From positions 2,137-66,136 of the IMG/VR virus record IMGVR_UViG_3300043446_001791: a stretch of DNA of 64,000 bases. One strand, written 5' to 3'. The translations under genes and the position numbers were made by a program. Below the pieces are notes generated by a model. It did no database searches. It worked only from the letters and a program-made list of their open reading frames with translations, and was not told the origin of the DNA. This DNA is from a virus (lineage: Duplodnaviria > Caudoviricetes). Shown piece by piece: positions 48,001-58,484 of the stretch (its first letter is position 1; the number at the start of each line of letters is the position of its first letter).

Positions 48001-49457
48001 GGAACCATATAGTCATATCCATTAACATCAACTATGATGTCATAAAATTTTAATTGTATATTATTAGACAAATATTTATATATAATGCTTCCAGTATTAT
48101 TCTCATTAAAAGCATCATCATAGTCAAATATAGATAATGATCCTACAGATGCCAACAATTGACCTACTGGCATTCCACTGTTGCCTAAATCAGATGCTGA
48201 TTTTTTAACTGAAAAGCCAGTTACCTTGTCAGAAATATCTGCTACTAGTCTTGGAGACATTTCTATTAAATCAAATGTAGAGTTAACTTTATTCATTGTA
48301 TCAAGTACAACCCTTATTCCTTTTATATTTTCAAATTCTCTATATACTTGTCTATTGTCTGTATTTGATTTAAAAGATATGGGGTTTGTTAAGTCAGTTA
48401 CAAAGTTAGTTAATCTAGTTACAGTTTCTTCTTCTAAGTACCAGCCATAAGTGGGGGTGAATGTTTCCCATCCACCATTAAACCAAATGTGGTACAGTCC
48501 CAAATCGTCATCATTATTTTTAACTAAATAAGCATATCCATTGATAGACTCTTTAGGTAAGAATGATTCGCTATAATATTCTTCTGCACGAATAAATACT
48601 TCTTTGTATTTTTGTGGCACCTTTAATCCATATGCTAACTCTACGTATCCGTCATCTTTTATTATTGATGTACCGTCACTTCTTCTAGAGTTAGCATCAA
48701 ACTTAATTGCATCAATCCATTCATTTTGTTTTAGATATTGAATTTTCCATTGAACTGGTGTTGTTTTATTATTGTCTCCATACAGTGGGTCAGGGAAAGA
48801 TCCAGCCTTTCCTGAAAAAGGACCTAAATCTACTGACCCAACATTTGTTTGCATTTTAATTACTATTCTGTTTGCTGGCACAGGATCTGAATAAACAACA
48901 AATGGACAGGCATCATCTATAAAGTATTGACCGCCTACTTGCTTATTTGCTATGCCAAAAACTGAGCCTGATTCAGTTCTGTATGAAGTCCAATATTTAA
49001 AGTTATCATTTTTATCTGCCATATAATATCTAGGTCTATTGGACATGTTTAAATTTGAATGATGTAATCTTTTCCCTGGAATATAAGAGGCTTTATTTAT
49101 ACCAGATCTTGGCCTAAACTTTTTAAAACAATCTTCTAACGAATACAACATTTTATTTTTTGTGTTTTGTGCCAATAAAAACCATGGTTGTTCGTTGTCT
49201 TCTGGATCAATTCCTCCATCAATTTTTATATCGGCATCTGTTGCACCTGTATAAAAATTTCCTATATCATTTACATCAAATGTATTTGGAATAAGTTTAT
49301 ATTTTTCAGAATTAGAAAGTGTTGGTCTATATCTATAGTTACCAATTCTAAAAATATTATTAGCAATATTCATATTCCATTCTAGAATAATTGCAGATTG
49401 TGTTTTAACTGTACTTGAAGATTCAAGATGATTTTTTAATTCTTCGTTTTGAAACAT
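45051..49457 (-). CDS. Large tail-tip/hub protein
   Basis: About 1470 aa, second gene after the tape measure; C-terminal PIIQLGDIV motif. Confidence 0.7.
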   Translation of the reverse strand: MFQNEELKNHLESSSTVKTQSAIILEWNMNIANNIFRIGNYRYRPTLSNSEKYKLIPNTFDVNDIGNFYTGATDADIKIDGGIDPEDNEQPWFLLAQNTKNKMLYSLEDCFKKFRPRSGINKASYIPGKRLHHSNLNMSNRPRYYMADKNDNFKYWTSYRTESGSVFGIANKQVGGQYFIDDACPFVVYSDPVPANRIVIKMQTNVGSVDLGPFSGKAGSFPDPLYGDNNKTTPVQWKIQYLKQNEWIDAIKFDANSRRSDGTSIIKDDGYVELAYGLKVPQKYKEVFIRAEEYYSESFLPKESINGYAYLVKNNDDDLGLYHIWFNGGWETFTPTYGWYLEEETVTRLTNFVTDLTNPISFKSNTDNRQVYREFENIKGIRVVLDTMNKVNSTFDLIEMSPRLVADISDKVTGFSVKKSASDLGNSGMPVGQLLASVGSLSIFDYDDAFNENNTGSIIYKYLSNNIQLKFYDIIVDVNGYDYMVPIKTLYCDAFPKYNPNDRKVTLELRDLYFYFESILAPQILVTNVSLSYAVSLLLDSVGFSNYTFKRVSGEKELIIPFFYIGPDKTVAEVLNDLAVSTQTAMFFDEYNNFVMMSKNYMLPSDSERDIQFTFYGSNDFIKDNEIRNKNKNIKLTNIVDIASSDKNVFNDGKINYKSRYIQRSYGTIKQASMIDNEAAAKNWIYKPVLLWEVTGDTPLRSINGEAQSQSAYSLSAIPLNSDLSENVPFVVGNQITNNTIDLGEAVYWLGRHAGYFYANGEIIRFDAVQYSIPGAEKIITTEDSNGKINFTTTTVGAVGNVWISSNQEYQNYMGKLTFNGKIYPTGLVRIYSEPKYEDINGRTVMKNGNVSRHGRGQFGTPILSHKAGLDSYWSNDLYVRGMDMDSKYLFGLEYIAKGKDELVNSLGEQIVLGEGPAGVNNIRSKENKRTGVIKNFLSTSFTKETQNNTIKSTQTGSVQSSALVMSGPSFPNTEQPIDFLSYQYKALDNRYKHFGTRMRIVGKIESSETRGQTPLNSTPYYVLPGSQPNQSLNISGGSGGIAVLLNPNTNVGYYFEIISLTEKNVSEYSTAAENLHNVVFYKVLSDPEGKAIPIKLWGGFTNIIVDDGNFTGQSRLMGEDNPTVYDLAVEYQDVGSIRKFYLYINNQIVGIIDDEAPTPIYNNMALFVRGGSKCMFENIYALTNNYSQNTVFSLDTPVSAAFGDNEINANESFRKYAMSGIIQSTYLSGISPSQPPKFNIYFEEFGSIMREAAYLKIRYDKAFPALYAQLSPTFNRIKGYTVSGFRAGSYGAEFLIFNSTDTAINLDETSGNYLRIQGITFTQQSENELTVDNYFAKNSNFSDPEIGKDGLIISPIKTQQDFDKIKTSRLTYGKKEFSIEPPYIQSEDDAKDLMSWIIQKIMKPRKSVGLKVFNLPIIQLGDIVNIEYKNENNLDVIVSPESKFVVYNIDYQKDIGGPNMTLYLSEV

Positions 49458-50131
49458 TATACTTCTTCCAATGTAAGGTTTATATTCCAAAAATCAAAAT
49501 TGGTTCCGCCTCTTTTAATTACAGAATAGGTAAAATCTGTAAAATACATCTGTATTAATTGACTATATTGTGGTAAATGTGCGTATGAATTATTATCAAT
49601 AAGTCCCTCATCGTTTTTAAAATTTTTATAATTATCATATGATAAATAAACCCAAAATGGTCCTTGATGATTCTCATACCAGTCTAATATTTCTACCCCG
49701 CCTGCACCGCCGTCAGTTGTAAACTCTAAATTATTATCATTGAAGTGCGGTGATTTTCCAGTCGTTGGATTAAACTCTGGCGTTTGAAAATAAGATCTAG
49801 AAGGAAGCATTTCCCATGATGTAGTTATTTGTAACTTATCTGCTATATGATAAGACCTCATTCGGCCATTAATCATTCTTTCTCTTTTTTCAATTCTGGT
49901 AGGCTTAAAATTAATTTCTCCTCTATTGTCATCAGATAAAATTAAAAATTGATCATATAATCCTGTGTCAGTTTCACTACCTACATCTTGACCAATTTCT
50001 AATCCATTTGGTACATATATCTTATTTCCTCCAGGAGTTAATTCTACTAGCGTTCCAGAATTTTCAGACCATAACATTCCTTGTGGTCTTTGATATCTTC
50101 TTCTGCCTGTTATATAACTTGCTGTAGCCAT
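49457..50131 (-). CDS. Distal-tail-like protein
   Basis: Immediately after the tape measure; ERMINGRMR...WNINLTLEEV. Confidence 0.6.
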   Translation of the reverse strand: MATASYITGRRRYQRPQGMLWSENSGTLVELTPGGNKIYVPNGLEIGQDVGSETDTGLYDQFLILSDDNRGEINFKPTRIEKRERMINGRMRSYHIADKLQITTSWEMLPSRSYFQTPEFNPTTGKSPHFNDNNLEFTTDGGAGGVEILDWYENHQGPFWVYLSYDNYKNFKNDEGLIDNNSYAHLPQYSQLIQMYFTDFTYSVIKRGGTNFDFWNINLTLEEV

Positions 50132-53100
50132 TATCCTGCTATACTCCTAATTCTCTTTGAATCTACCTGACGAATCTGAGTCATAACTGCTCTTGCAATT
50201 TCATCAGGGTTTGCATCAGATCTTACATTAACTGCAATACTATAATTATACACTGAAGCATCAGAAATATCTCCATTATTAATTGCTCTCATTTTATCTA
50301 CACCGTACGCATTAACTGCATACTTGCTCATAATAAATTCTCCAGGAGTTAGCATAGATGGAACAACATCAGTTCCTATTACTGGTCCGCCAACAGCAAA
50401 TCTTTTAATTAATCCTCCAGAAGATTTTCCTCCAGGCCAATTAGCAAATTGATTAGCAGCAGTAGCATTTCCGCCAAATTTCTTTATATCTGCTGCTGCC
50501 TTAGCCTTTGCTGCTGCATCTGCTGCTGCCTTAGCCTTTGCTGCTGCTGCGGCTGCTGCTGGTGAAGATGCCATAACCTTAGTTGCTAAATCAACAACCT
50601 TTTTGTCTTGTGCTGCAAGACTATGTCCAAAATCACTAGGAGTTAAATTCTTTTTACTATCATTAATAACTTTTTGACTTGCTGCTGCTAAGGCTCCACC
50701 AAAGTCACTAGGAGTTGCTCCAGCAGTTTTTGATTGTGCAACTATCTTATCATAGGCAGCCTTTGCTGCTGCTCCAGGGTTAGCAATTTCTGCTACCATA
50801 GAGTTATATTTATTTTTTTCATCAACTAGATTAATTGCATTAATAACTTGTTGATCTCTTGCTGCAAGTAAGTGTCCAAAGTCGCTTGGCGTTGCTCCAG
50901 GCTGTAATGATTTAGCAACTGCAGAATCATATAATCCCTTTGCCTCATCTAAATACTGAGTAAATCCATTTTTAGGTCTTCCAGTATAGTCTGTTCCAGA
51001 GTCGGTTCCTGCTCCAGTTGCCTTTGGTTTTCCATTATTATTACCCGATCCATCTGAACCGTCTGAACCATCTGAACCGTCTGGGTTGCCATCTCCACCG
51101 TCTGGAGTGCCGTCTGGGGTGCCATCTGGAGTGCCGTCTGGAGTGCCGTCTGGAGTGCCTCCAGTTGAACCTCCAGTAGATCCTCCATTTTCATAAATAG
51201 TTATAATTTTATGCGTCGTTGTTATTATTTTCCCATCAAGTGACAACCAATACTTAATAATATCTTCAACAACATCGAGTGCAGCCTGTATGGCTTGCAT
51301 ATATTCAGCACTAGAAGTTCTTGCTAAATCAATTCTATTTTTTATTTCTTCCCATTCTAATTTAGACTTACCGAGAACTGTTAAAGATTGTATTAATTCT
51401 CTCTTTTTTGCCTCTTCAATACGAACTCTTTCTTGCGCTGGCTCAAGTTCTTCTTCTTCAATTTTAAATATTTCGGCACGTAGTTTTTTAATTTGATCTT
51501 CAATTTGTGCACGAGTATATCCTTTATCATTTCTTACCTGTGCTAATTCATTTTCTTTGGCAGCCTCAAGTAATTTTTGTTGATCGTCTAATGCTTGAGT
51601 TGCTTGTTCTGCTCTTAAATCTTGTGCTGCTCTTGCTGCTGCTGCAATATCTCCTTGAGAAAGAGCATCAGCAATTGTCAGTTGTCCTTTTTGTTGTTTT
51701 GATATTCTTTCATTAATTGCACGTATCTCATCTAATGCCTTAAATTTAGCATCATACTTTTCATTAATTTTTTCTTCTTGATCTTCAATACCCTTAAGGC
51801 TTGCTTCCCAATCATCAATTTCGTAATTAATTCCAGCAATTTTGTCTTGTGCTTTTTCTATAATATCTTGATCTTTTAATGTTGTAAATTGAAAACCTAA
51901 CTCTATCTTTGTTTCCATAACAGAGAATTTTTCCATAGCCTTATCGTAGCCTTTTTGGAAAACTGACTCTTTAAACTCTATTGAATTAAGAACTTGGTTT
52001 AATCTTGTTTTAAATTCTTCAAAAAGTTTTGGATCATTAATAACTGAATCCCATCTTGACATTGCATCTCTTAATGTATCATCGCTTAATATAGCATCTG
52101 CCTCAAGCCAACTCCAATTTTGACTGGTTGCAGCCTTTGCCAAATTACTTCTTGCAAGATCTTCTTGATTTTTAGAATCAATATCTTGTTGAATTGCTGT
52201 TTTTTGTTCAGCATTTTTAGACAATGTCTTAACTTGTTTTAATAATTTAATTAATTTTTTTGCTGCTTCAGTATTACCTTCTGCAGCAATCATTGCAGCA
52301 AAGGCTTTATCTGCAATTAATTCTTGCGTGTCTGCATAACTTAGGCCAGCATCTCTTAGTATTTTGTATGCGTCAGATTGATCTTGAAGTTCTTGTTTTT
52401 GTTGTTGTAGTTTAGATGAATAGTCTCCAGCAACTATACCATTTAATACTTCTTGTATTGTTTTTGCATCTCTTTTTAGAGCAATAATGTTTCCTTTATT
52501 ATCAAATTCAAATAATGACTTCTTTCTTTTTTCATATTCTTTAGGGTCCATTCCTACAATAAACTCTATAAGATTTCCTTTGCCACCAAGTCTAGCGATG
52601 TCCTGCTCTATACCGCTAAACATTTCTAATCTCTTCTTTCCGCCAAATAACTGATCTAGTGTTTTCATGGAGGCAGACCAGCCTTCTGTTACCTTAATCT
52701 GGTTCTTACGAACATCTCTTAGTTTTTTAACTAGTTCATCTAATGGAGATGTTTCTGTTTTACCACCACCAGAGCCTTTTGGAACAGGCGGTGCAGTATT
52801 ATCTGCAGCAGTAACAGTTACACGTTGTGCGTTCCATTGTGCATATTCCTGAAGTTGTGTTCCTGGAGGAGAGTTTGCCCATTGAGAACCTTCTGCCTTA
52901 AGCCAGGACTGTAGTGCTGGGTCATTCGGGGAAACAGTTGTTATGGTTTGAACCAAAGTCTGCAGATATACTTTCTTTAATTCATCAGTTTTAATACTAT
53001 TAAAATAATCTAAATCATCATTTAATATTTTTAATTGATCTGCATTTAAAACTTTGCTTGCAACTGTAAAATCAATTTTGCCTTTAAGCGCCTCAATTTG

Positions 53101-56100
53101 CTCTGTTTGTTTCATTAATCTTTCTGCAACTTCTGGATTTTTTAATAAAAAGTCAGTAATAATTGTTGTATTTAAAACGTTTCCAGTTTTAGCAACCATG
53201 GAATAAAAACTTCTAAGTCTTTCTGCTTCTTCTGCATTTCCAGCACTTTCTATTTTTGCAATAAATCTAGTTTGAACATCCTTTACTGGATTTCCATCTT
53301 TGTCTACAAATAATGATGCAGTAGACATAATTTGATTACCAAATGCTCCGCCAAACTTAGTTATAATATTTAATACCTTTGTCATTGCTTCTTTGTTGTC
53401 ACCAAAAGATTCTAAAAGATTTATCATTTGCATAGGATCTATTTCTCCAGATGCAAGTTCCATTTTTAAAAGATATCTCTGCTCTCCAGTTAAATTTTTA
53501 TTATCATTAAGATTTGTTTTTGCTAATTTGGCAACATCCTCCATTGCAGTACCCTTATATTTATTTGTTATGGCTTTATCTGCTCCTGTATCAAGTGCTT
53601 TTCGTGTTGCGCCTTCAGCACTAGAATATGATGTTGCAATATCTTTTAATAATTTACCATTTTCTTCAAGTAATGCTGCTCTATCCTTAATATGCTTGTT
53701 TGTTAATTCATCAACTTTTGCAGTATCCCCTGCTGCTTTTGCCTCAGCAATTCTTTTCTCGTATGCTATATCTAAAGAGTCTACCATTTCTTGTTGTTGT
53801 TCTAATGCCATTTTTTGCATGGCAATTGATGCACCTGATGCGGTACCTATTCTTTCGGCACGATCTTTTCTTGAGAATAGATTTCCTGCCACTGTACCTA
53901 TTCCTGTTCCAATAGTTGCTCCTATAGCAGCACCAACTCCAGGAATTGGAATTAAAATTTGACCAGCAATTGCACCTGCTGCAGCACCAAGTCCAGCCCC
54001 TAATGCAGTTTTTCCTCCAACATTTAGCATATCTTTTCCAGTCCATTTTCCAGCCTGCTTTGCCTGATCTCCAAAAGACTGAACATTTTTTCTTGTTTCT
54101 TCAACTAATTTAACACGAATTGCCAATGGATCTGTCAAAAGATTTTCTCCATTAACACCAATCAACTCTATAAGTTTTGCATTAACTTGAATTCCAAAAC
54201 TATAATCTCCAAGTTCTTTTCCAATATTTGCTGCAACGCTTCTTGCTTGTGCTGCTGTCATTGCACCAGACGATACTGCAGTTGCAAGTTGATTTACCAT
54301 TCTATTTTGTGCGCCTGAACGACCCATTCCCTCAATATTTTGCCCAGTTGCTTTTACTAAATCCTTACCCTCTTTACTTGCAACATAAGACTCTCCAAAT
54401 GTTGTTTTTCCTGTTTGAATAGCGAATGGATTTACTGCTGCTTCTCTACGCTTATCCATTACTTCACCAGCAGTTACTCCTCCAGCAAATTTTGCCAAAC
54501 CTCTAATTGCATCTTGTCCAGATCCTGTAGCCAATGCTAGTTTCATAGCAGAGTCTTGTGCTTTATCAAAAGCCATTCTTAACCTTACTGCTGCTGCAAC
54601 AACTAAACCAATACCGACTGCAAGCACTCCCATTTTAGTTTGAAGTAATGGAAGTATCATAGTTAAAGCCATAAGTGGCATCATTATTTTTTGTGCCATG
54701 TCTCCTATTGCACCAGGCATCATTGCTGCACCCATTGTTATTGCAGAAGCAGCCATCATTGCTCCTCCTGCGCCCATACCAGGTTTTGGATTATTTGGAT
54801 CTGCTGGAGTTCTTCTAAAACCTCCGAAGAATCTTCCTCCACCTTTTCCTCCAGAACCACCAGATCCTCCTGCTGCATTGGCAGCAACCATTCCAGTAAC
54901 TTGTGATTGTGTAACTAATCTTTTTTCTGCCAAAGCCTTTAGCCTTGCCTGTTTCTCTAACTGCCTTCTTAATGATTTTTGTGCTGGATCAATTGGTCCC
55001 GCTCCATATAATGCTGCTCTGGATGCTGCTGCTTGTTGTGCTTGAGACATTGCTCCTTGAGTTACTGCAGTTCCTATTTGTTGACCAGCAACTCTTGCGT
55101 CATCTACATATTCTTTCATTCCAACAACTGCGCCTACTGCAATATCTGCACCTATTTTTTTAGTAACTTTAGAAGGAGATGCAACTTGTGCTCTCTCCAT
55201 CATTCCTTCTACCATGCTCTTTTCTGCAAAATCTACAAGGCTAAATCCTGTCTTCTTATAAAATGTAAATCTATCTCCGCCACGACGAATCTTCATTCCG
55301 CCTACATCTACCGCACCTTTACTTCCTCCGCCAGCAGCAGTTGGCAATCCTGCCATTCTCTGTGCTGCTTGAGAAATATTAATTCTTGCTTCTCCAGCAG
55401 TTACTGCTAACTGATCAAATGCTTTAATAAGTCTATTTTCTGCGCCCATCTTTCTGCGACTATATTCATATGCTTCTTTTACATGTGTGTCAGTTATTCT
55501 AGTATTTGCATCAAGACTTGTCAGATAATCTTTCATATGAGTATCTAAAATAGAAAGATCTGCAGCAACATCTTGCATTTTCATTCCACCATTTTTTAAT
55601 GCAATCTTCCATCTTGATAAACCTCTTTGATCCCAGTCTTGCATAAATTCGCCTTTAGCAACACCACGTCCGCCTGGCTTCATTAGGTTGTTCATCGACA
55701 CTTGTCGTCCATCTACATTAGACATACCAGTTGTTATGCCAAGTTTTCCATAAAGATTAATCTTTAGTGTATTTGCAAACTTCATAGCAACTGCTTCGAT
55801 GGCTTGCATTGCTCTTGCACTAATAATTCCAGCAGGTAATGCCTTTAACTTATTAACTAAATCTAATGCTCCAACTGTCCTAGGATTTCCTATATGAGAG
55901 AAATCTCCAGCACCTTTTGTACCTGTAGAAAATTGTGACATTACTCCACCCGCAATCATATGTGAGATCGCTGGCTTATTTCTTGGATCTTGTGCTGGTC
56001 CTGCTGGAATTACTGCTTCACCAGGCGTAAGCATTGCAGGAACTGAATCAGTACCAGTAGCGAAATAAAATGGTTTTACTTTTTTAGTTCCTTCTGCAAA

Positions 56101-58080
56101 ACCTTTTCTACCTTTACCAACAATTGGTCCTCCAAAACCTCTTTGTGCTGCAATTGCTCTTTGATATGCTTGTGTTAATGCGTTAAGTGCAGCAACCTCA
56201 GACGTAAAGGTTTGTTGTAATTTTACGTGTACCTGTTCTAATGATGCTGCTACGGCAGTTGCTTGTGCTTGTTCAGCAGTTAAAAATTGTGTTTGATTTC
56301 CTAATACAGTAGAAGATTGTCCAGCCCTATTAAATACAGACTTCATGCTTACAAATAGTTTAATAATATTAGCCAAACCGTTAGCCAATAAACCAAATGT
56401 CATAAGTAATACTGGACCTATTCCACCTAAAAGAGTTGTTAATATAACAACAAATTTCTTTGTACCGTCTCCTAAATTATTAAATTTATCTAATATCTTG
56501 CTAACAAACTCTACAATTGGAGTTATTGCTTTTAGGAACTGCTCTCCTACTGGAGCAAGAGTTACCTTTAAATCTTCTATTGTTTTCTTAAACTTATATG
56601 TGGTAGACTCTTCAACTCTAGACAATTCTCGTTCAGATAATATAGCAAGTTCTTCTGTAGTTGCTTTAGTTAATGTTAAAACACGGTTTGCTTGATTTCC
56701 TTCAGCAACCACATTGTTAAATAATGTAGACAAACGTGAAAATTGGAATTTACCAAATAGTTGTTCAATTGCACGGGCACGGTTTAATGGATCAAGAGTA
56801 TTTAATGCATTAGCAAAATCAACAACAATGCCTTTAACGTTTCCCTTATTTGCTTCAACAATCCCTTGTATGTTTATACCCATACCACCAAGCATTTTTG
56901 ATGCTTTTTCTGTTGGATTAATTAATGATGCTAAACCAGATTTTAATGCGTTAGCACCTTCTGAAGCATTAATTCCGCCTTCTTTCATAGCAGTTAAGAA
57001 GAACGCTAAGTCTTCAACATCTCCACCTAATTGCTTAACAACTGGACCTGCTTTTGGAATGGCAATAGTTAAATCTTCAATAGAAACAACTGTTTGGTTT
57101 TCTACTGCGTTTAAGAAGTTAATCTTTTTTGCAAGATCTTCTGATGCTAAACCAAAAGCGTTTGTTAATGATATAGTGGTTTCTAATGCCTGTTCTTGTT
57201 CTACTCCGCCCAAAACTGAAAGTCTGGTTGCCTCATTTACTTGTGCTAAAAGATCTGCACCCATCTTACCGCTTGCAGCAGCAGTGGCAGCCATCTCCAT
57301 TGTCTTTTCAACAGCAACTCCATATTTGGTAAACTCTTTGGCAAGTAATTGAATTTCCTTAAGCATTTTATCTGTTTCTTCGCCAGTTGTAAACATTTCA
57401 CCGTAAACACGTTTAAATCTAATTGCCTGTTCTTCTAACTTCATAAATGTTTTTGCTGCTGCAGTTCCAAGATATGCCAATGGTATTGTAAAACCAACCA
57501 TTAACTGACGACCAGCCCACTGAGTATTTTTACCAAAATTGAGCATATTTGTAGCGCCCTGCTTTAATAATTGATTAAGCAGTGCCTGTCTTTGTGCAGC
57601 AACAGCAGTTTGTGTTCCAAGGTTTTTCATATCGAGTGCCAGTGGTCTAACGGCAATTGCTTTCATTGCTCCGTTGGCATCTCTACCTAATTTAATATAT
57701 TGAGTTTGTAAATCTTTTACACGTTCTCTTGCAACTTTATTTATCGTATCAAATTCTGATCTAAAAAACCTTCCAAATGTTTTTGTTGCACCCATTGAAT
57801 AGCGGTAATAATCCCGCATAGATAATTTATTTTTTTCTAATGCATTTGTAAAAGACTCTGTAGTAGTTCTAACAGTCCGCATAGAAGCAGACCATTTGCC
57901 TGTAGCATTAAGAGAGTTGATTAAGTTTTGTTGCATATTGGCGGAGATGGCTGCTGCTGCAGCACCGCTCTTCGCCATTGATGTATGGAAGGCTGATATT
58001 TGCTTTTGTAATGCTTTTATGCTGGCTAATGCTTCAGACGTATCTATATTTACATGAATATTAGATTGAACATCAGCCAT
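50131..58080 (-). CDS. Tape measure protein
   Basis: 2649 aa, Ala/Gly-rich and helical; TP901-like core (EGANALKS, IEQLFGK), hydrophobic segments, MLTPGE motifs; follows the tail chaperones. Confidence 0.92.
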   Translation of the reverse strand: MADVQSNIHVNIDTSEALASIKALQKQISAFHTSMAKSGAAAAAISANMQQNLINSLNATGKWSASMRTVRTTTESFTNALEKNKLSMRDYYRYSMGATKTFGRFFRSEFDTINKVARERVKDLQTQYIKLGRDANGAMKAIAVRPLALDMKNLGTQTAVAAQRQALLNQLLKQGATNMLNFGKNTQWAGRQLMVGFTIPLAYLGTAAAKTFMKLEEQAIRFKRVYGEMFTTGEETDKMLKEIQLLAKEFTKYGVAVEKTMEMAATAAASGKMGADLLAQVNEATRLSVLGGVEQEQALETTISLTNAFGLASEDLAKKINFLNAVENQTVVSIEDLTIAIPKAGPVVKQLGGDVEDLAFFLTAMKEGGINASEGANALKSGLASLINPTEKASKMLGGMGINIQGIVEANKGNVKGIVVDFANALNTLDPLNRARAIEQLFGKFQFSRLSTLFNNVVAEGNQANRVLTLTKATTEELAILSERELSRVEESTTYKFKKTIEDLKVTLAPVGEQFLKAITPIVEFVSKILDKFNNLGDGTKKFVVILTTLLGGIGPVLLMTFGLLANGLANIIKLFVSMKSVFNRAGQSSTVLGNQTQFLTAEQAQATAVAASLEQVHVKLQQTFTSEVAALNALTQAYQRAIAAQRGFGGPIVGKGRKGFAEGTKKVKPFYFATGTDSVPAMLTPGEAVIPAGPAQDPRNKPAISHMIAGGVMSQFSTGTKGAGDFSHIGNPRTVGALDLVNKLKALPAGIISARAMQAIEAVAMKFANTLKINLYGKLGITTGMSNVDGRQVSMNNLMKPGGRGVAKGEFMQDWDQRGLSRWKIALKNGGMKMQDVAADLSILDTHMKDYLTSLDANTRITDTHVKEAYEYSRRKMGAENRLIKAFDQLAVTAGEARINISQAAQRMAGLPTAAGGGSKGAVDVGGMKIRRGGDRFTFYKKTGFSLVDFAEKSMVEGMMERAQVASPSKVTKKIGADIAVGAVVGMKEYVDDARVAGQQIGTAVTQGAMSQAQQAAASRAALYGAGPIDPAQKSLRRQLEKQARLKALAEKRLVTQSQVTGMVAANAAGGSGGSGGKGGGRFFGGFRRTPADPNNPKPGMGAGGAMMAASAITMGAAMMPGAIGDMAQKIMMPLMALTMILPLLQTKMGVLAVGIGLVVAAAVRLRMAFDKAQDSAMKLALATGSGQDAIRGLAKFAGGVTAGEVMDKRREAAVNPFAIQTGKTTFGESYVASKEGKDLVKATGQNIEGMGRSGAQNRMVNQLATAVSSGAMTAAQARSVAANIGKELGDYSFGIQVNAKLIELIGVNGENLLTDPLAIRVKLVEETRKNVQSFGDQAKQAGKWTGKDMLNVGGKTALGAGLGAAAGAIAGQILIPIPGVGAAIGATIGTGIGTVAGNLFSRKDRAERIGTASGASIAMQKMALEQQQEMVDSLDIAYEKRIAEAKAAGDTAKVDELTNKHIKDRAALLEENGKLLKDIATSYSSAEGATRKALDTGADKAITNKYKGTAMEDVAKLAKTNLNDNKNLTGEQRYLLKMELASGEIDPMQMINLLESFGDNKEAMTKVLNIITKFGGAFGNQIMSTASLFVDKDGNPVKDVQTRFIAKIESAGNAEEAERLRSFYSMVAKTGNVLNTTIITDFLLKNPEVAERLMKQTEQIEALKGKIDFTVASKVLNADQLKILNDDLDYFNSIKTDELKKVYLQTLVQTITTVSPNDPALQSWLKAEGSQWANSPPGTQLQEYAQWNAQRVTVTAADNTAPPVPKGSGGGKTETSPLDELVKKLRDVRKNQIKVTEGWSASMKTLDQLFGGKKRLEMFSGIEQDIARLGGKGNLIEFIVGMDPKEYEKRKKSLFEFDNKGNIIALKRDAKTIQEVLNGIVAGDYSSKLQQQKQELQDQSDAYKILRDAGLSYADTQELIADKAFAAMIAAEGNTEAAKKLIKLLKQVKTLSKNAEQKTAIQQDIDSKNQEDLARSNLAKAATSQNWSWLEADAILSDDTLRDAMSRWDSVINDPKLFEEFKTRLNQVLNSIEFKESVFQKGYDKAMEKFSVMETKIELGFQFTTLKDQDIIEKAQDKIAGINYEIDDWEASLKGIEDQEEKINEKYDAKFKALDEIRAINERISKQQKGQLTIADALSQGDIAAAARAAQDLRAEQATQALDDQQKLLEAAKENELAQVRNDKGYTRAQIEDQIKKLRAEIFKIEEEELEPAQERVRIEEAKKRELIQSLTVLGKSKLEWEEIKNRIDLARTSSAEYMQAIQAALDVVEDIIKYWLSLDGKIITTTHKIITIYENGGSTGGSTGGTPDGTPDGTPDGTPDGTPDGGDGNPDGSDGSDGSDGSGNNNGKPKATGAGTDSGTDYTGRPKNGFTQYLDEAKGLYDSAVAKSLQPGATPSDFGHLLAARDQQVINAINLVDEKNKYNSMVAEIANPGAAAKAAYDKIVAQSKTAGATPSDFGGALAAASQKVINDSKKNLTPSDFGHSLAAQDKKVVDLATKVMASSPAAAAAAAKAKAAADAAAKAKAAADIKKFGGNATAANQFANWPGGKSSGGLIKRFAVGGPVIGTDVVPSMLTPGEFIMSKYAVNAYGVDKMRAINNGDISDASVYNYSIAVNVRSDANPDEIARAVMTQIRQVDSKRIRSIAG
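51050..51185 (-). repeat. In-frame tandem repeats within the tape measure gene: (GGST)2, (GTPD)5, (GSD)3
   Basis: 12-bp gtctggagtgcc-type and 9-bp tctgaacc(a/g)-type units. Confidence 0.85.
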
Positions 58081-58106
58081 TCCATAACACCTCTATATTA
58101 TTAAGT

Positions 58107-58433
58107 TTATACGTTTGCAAGACCGCTAATTAGCGAAGCATCTGTTAATTTGATTCCAGAAGCCTCTTCTACGATCTTATAAACGGTTGGAAGATCAAGG
58201 TTCTCTTCAAGAGCAGTCAAATCTTCCGCTAACTCTGGCTTATATTGTTGCATAGCAATTGCTACACATTCCATAAGCAGAGTCATTGACTTTTCATTAT
58301 CATCAGCCACTGCTGCAATACCCTCAAACTTCTTCATAAATGGACGAAGTAGAGAGATTTTAAGTGGTCTTACTTTAATTTTTGTGCCGTCGATTAATAC
58401 GATTTCTTTTGGTTCGTGCACAGTTGTAGCCAT
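58107..58433 (-). CDS. Tail assembly chaperone, short (G-like)
   Basis: Directly upstream of the tape measure; AAGGAGG RBS; paralog of the N-terminal half of 58485-59168. Confidence 0.7.
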   Translation of the reverse strand: MATTVHEPKEIVLIDGTKIKVRPLKISLLRPFMKKFEGIAAVADDNEKSMTLLMECVAIAMQQYKPELAEDLTALEENLDLPTVYKIVEEASGIKLTDASLISGLANV

Positions 58434-58438
58434 TAATT

Positions 58439-58468
58439 CCTCCTTATAAGGTTGAATTAATTATACCA
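58439..58468 (-). promoter_or_regulatory. Extended -10 promoter and strong RBS of the short chaperone
   Basis: TGGTATAAT (58460-58468) and AAGGAGG (58439-58445). Confidence 0.6.
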
Positions 58469-58484
58469 TAACCCCATTTTATTT

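Noticed and set aside
51050-51185. Short tandem repeats as a CRISPR array or replication origin
   Set aside because: Units are 9-12 bp, in frame, without spacers and vary at synonymous positions, so they are coding repeats.
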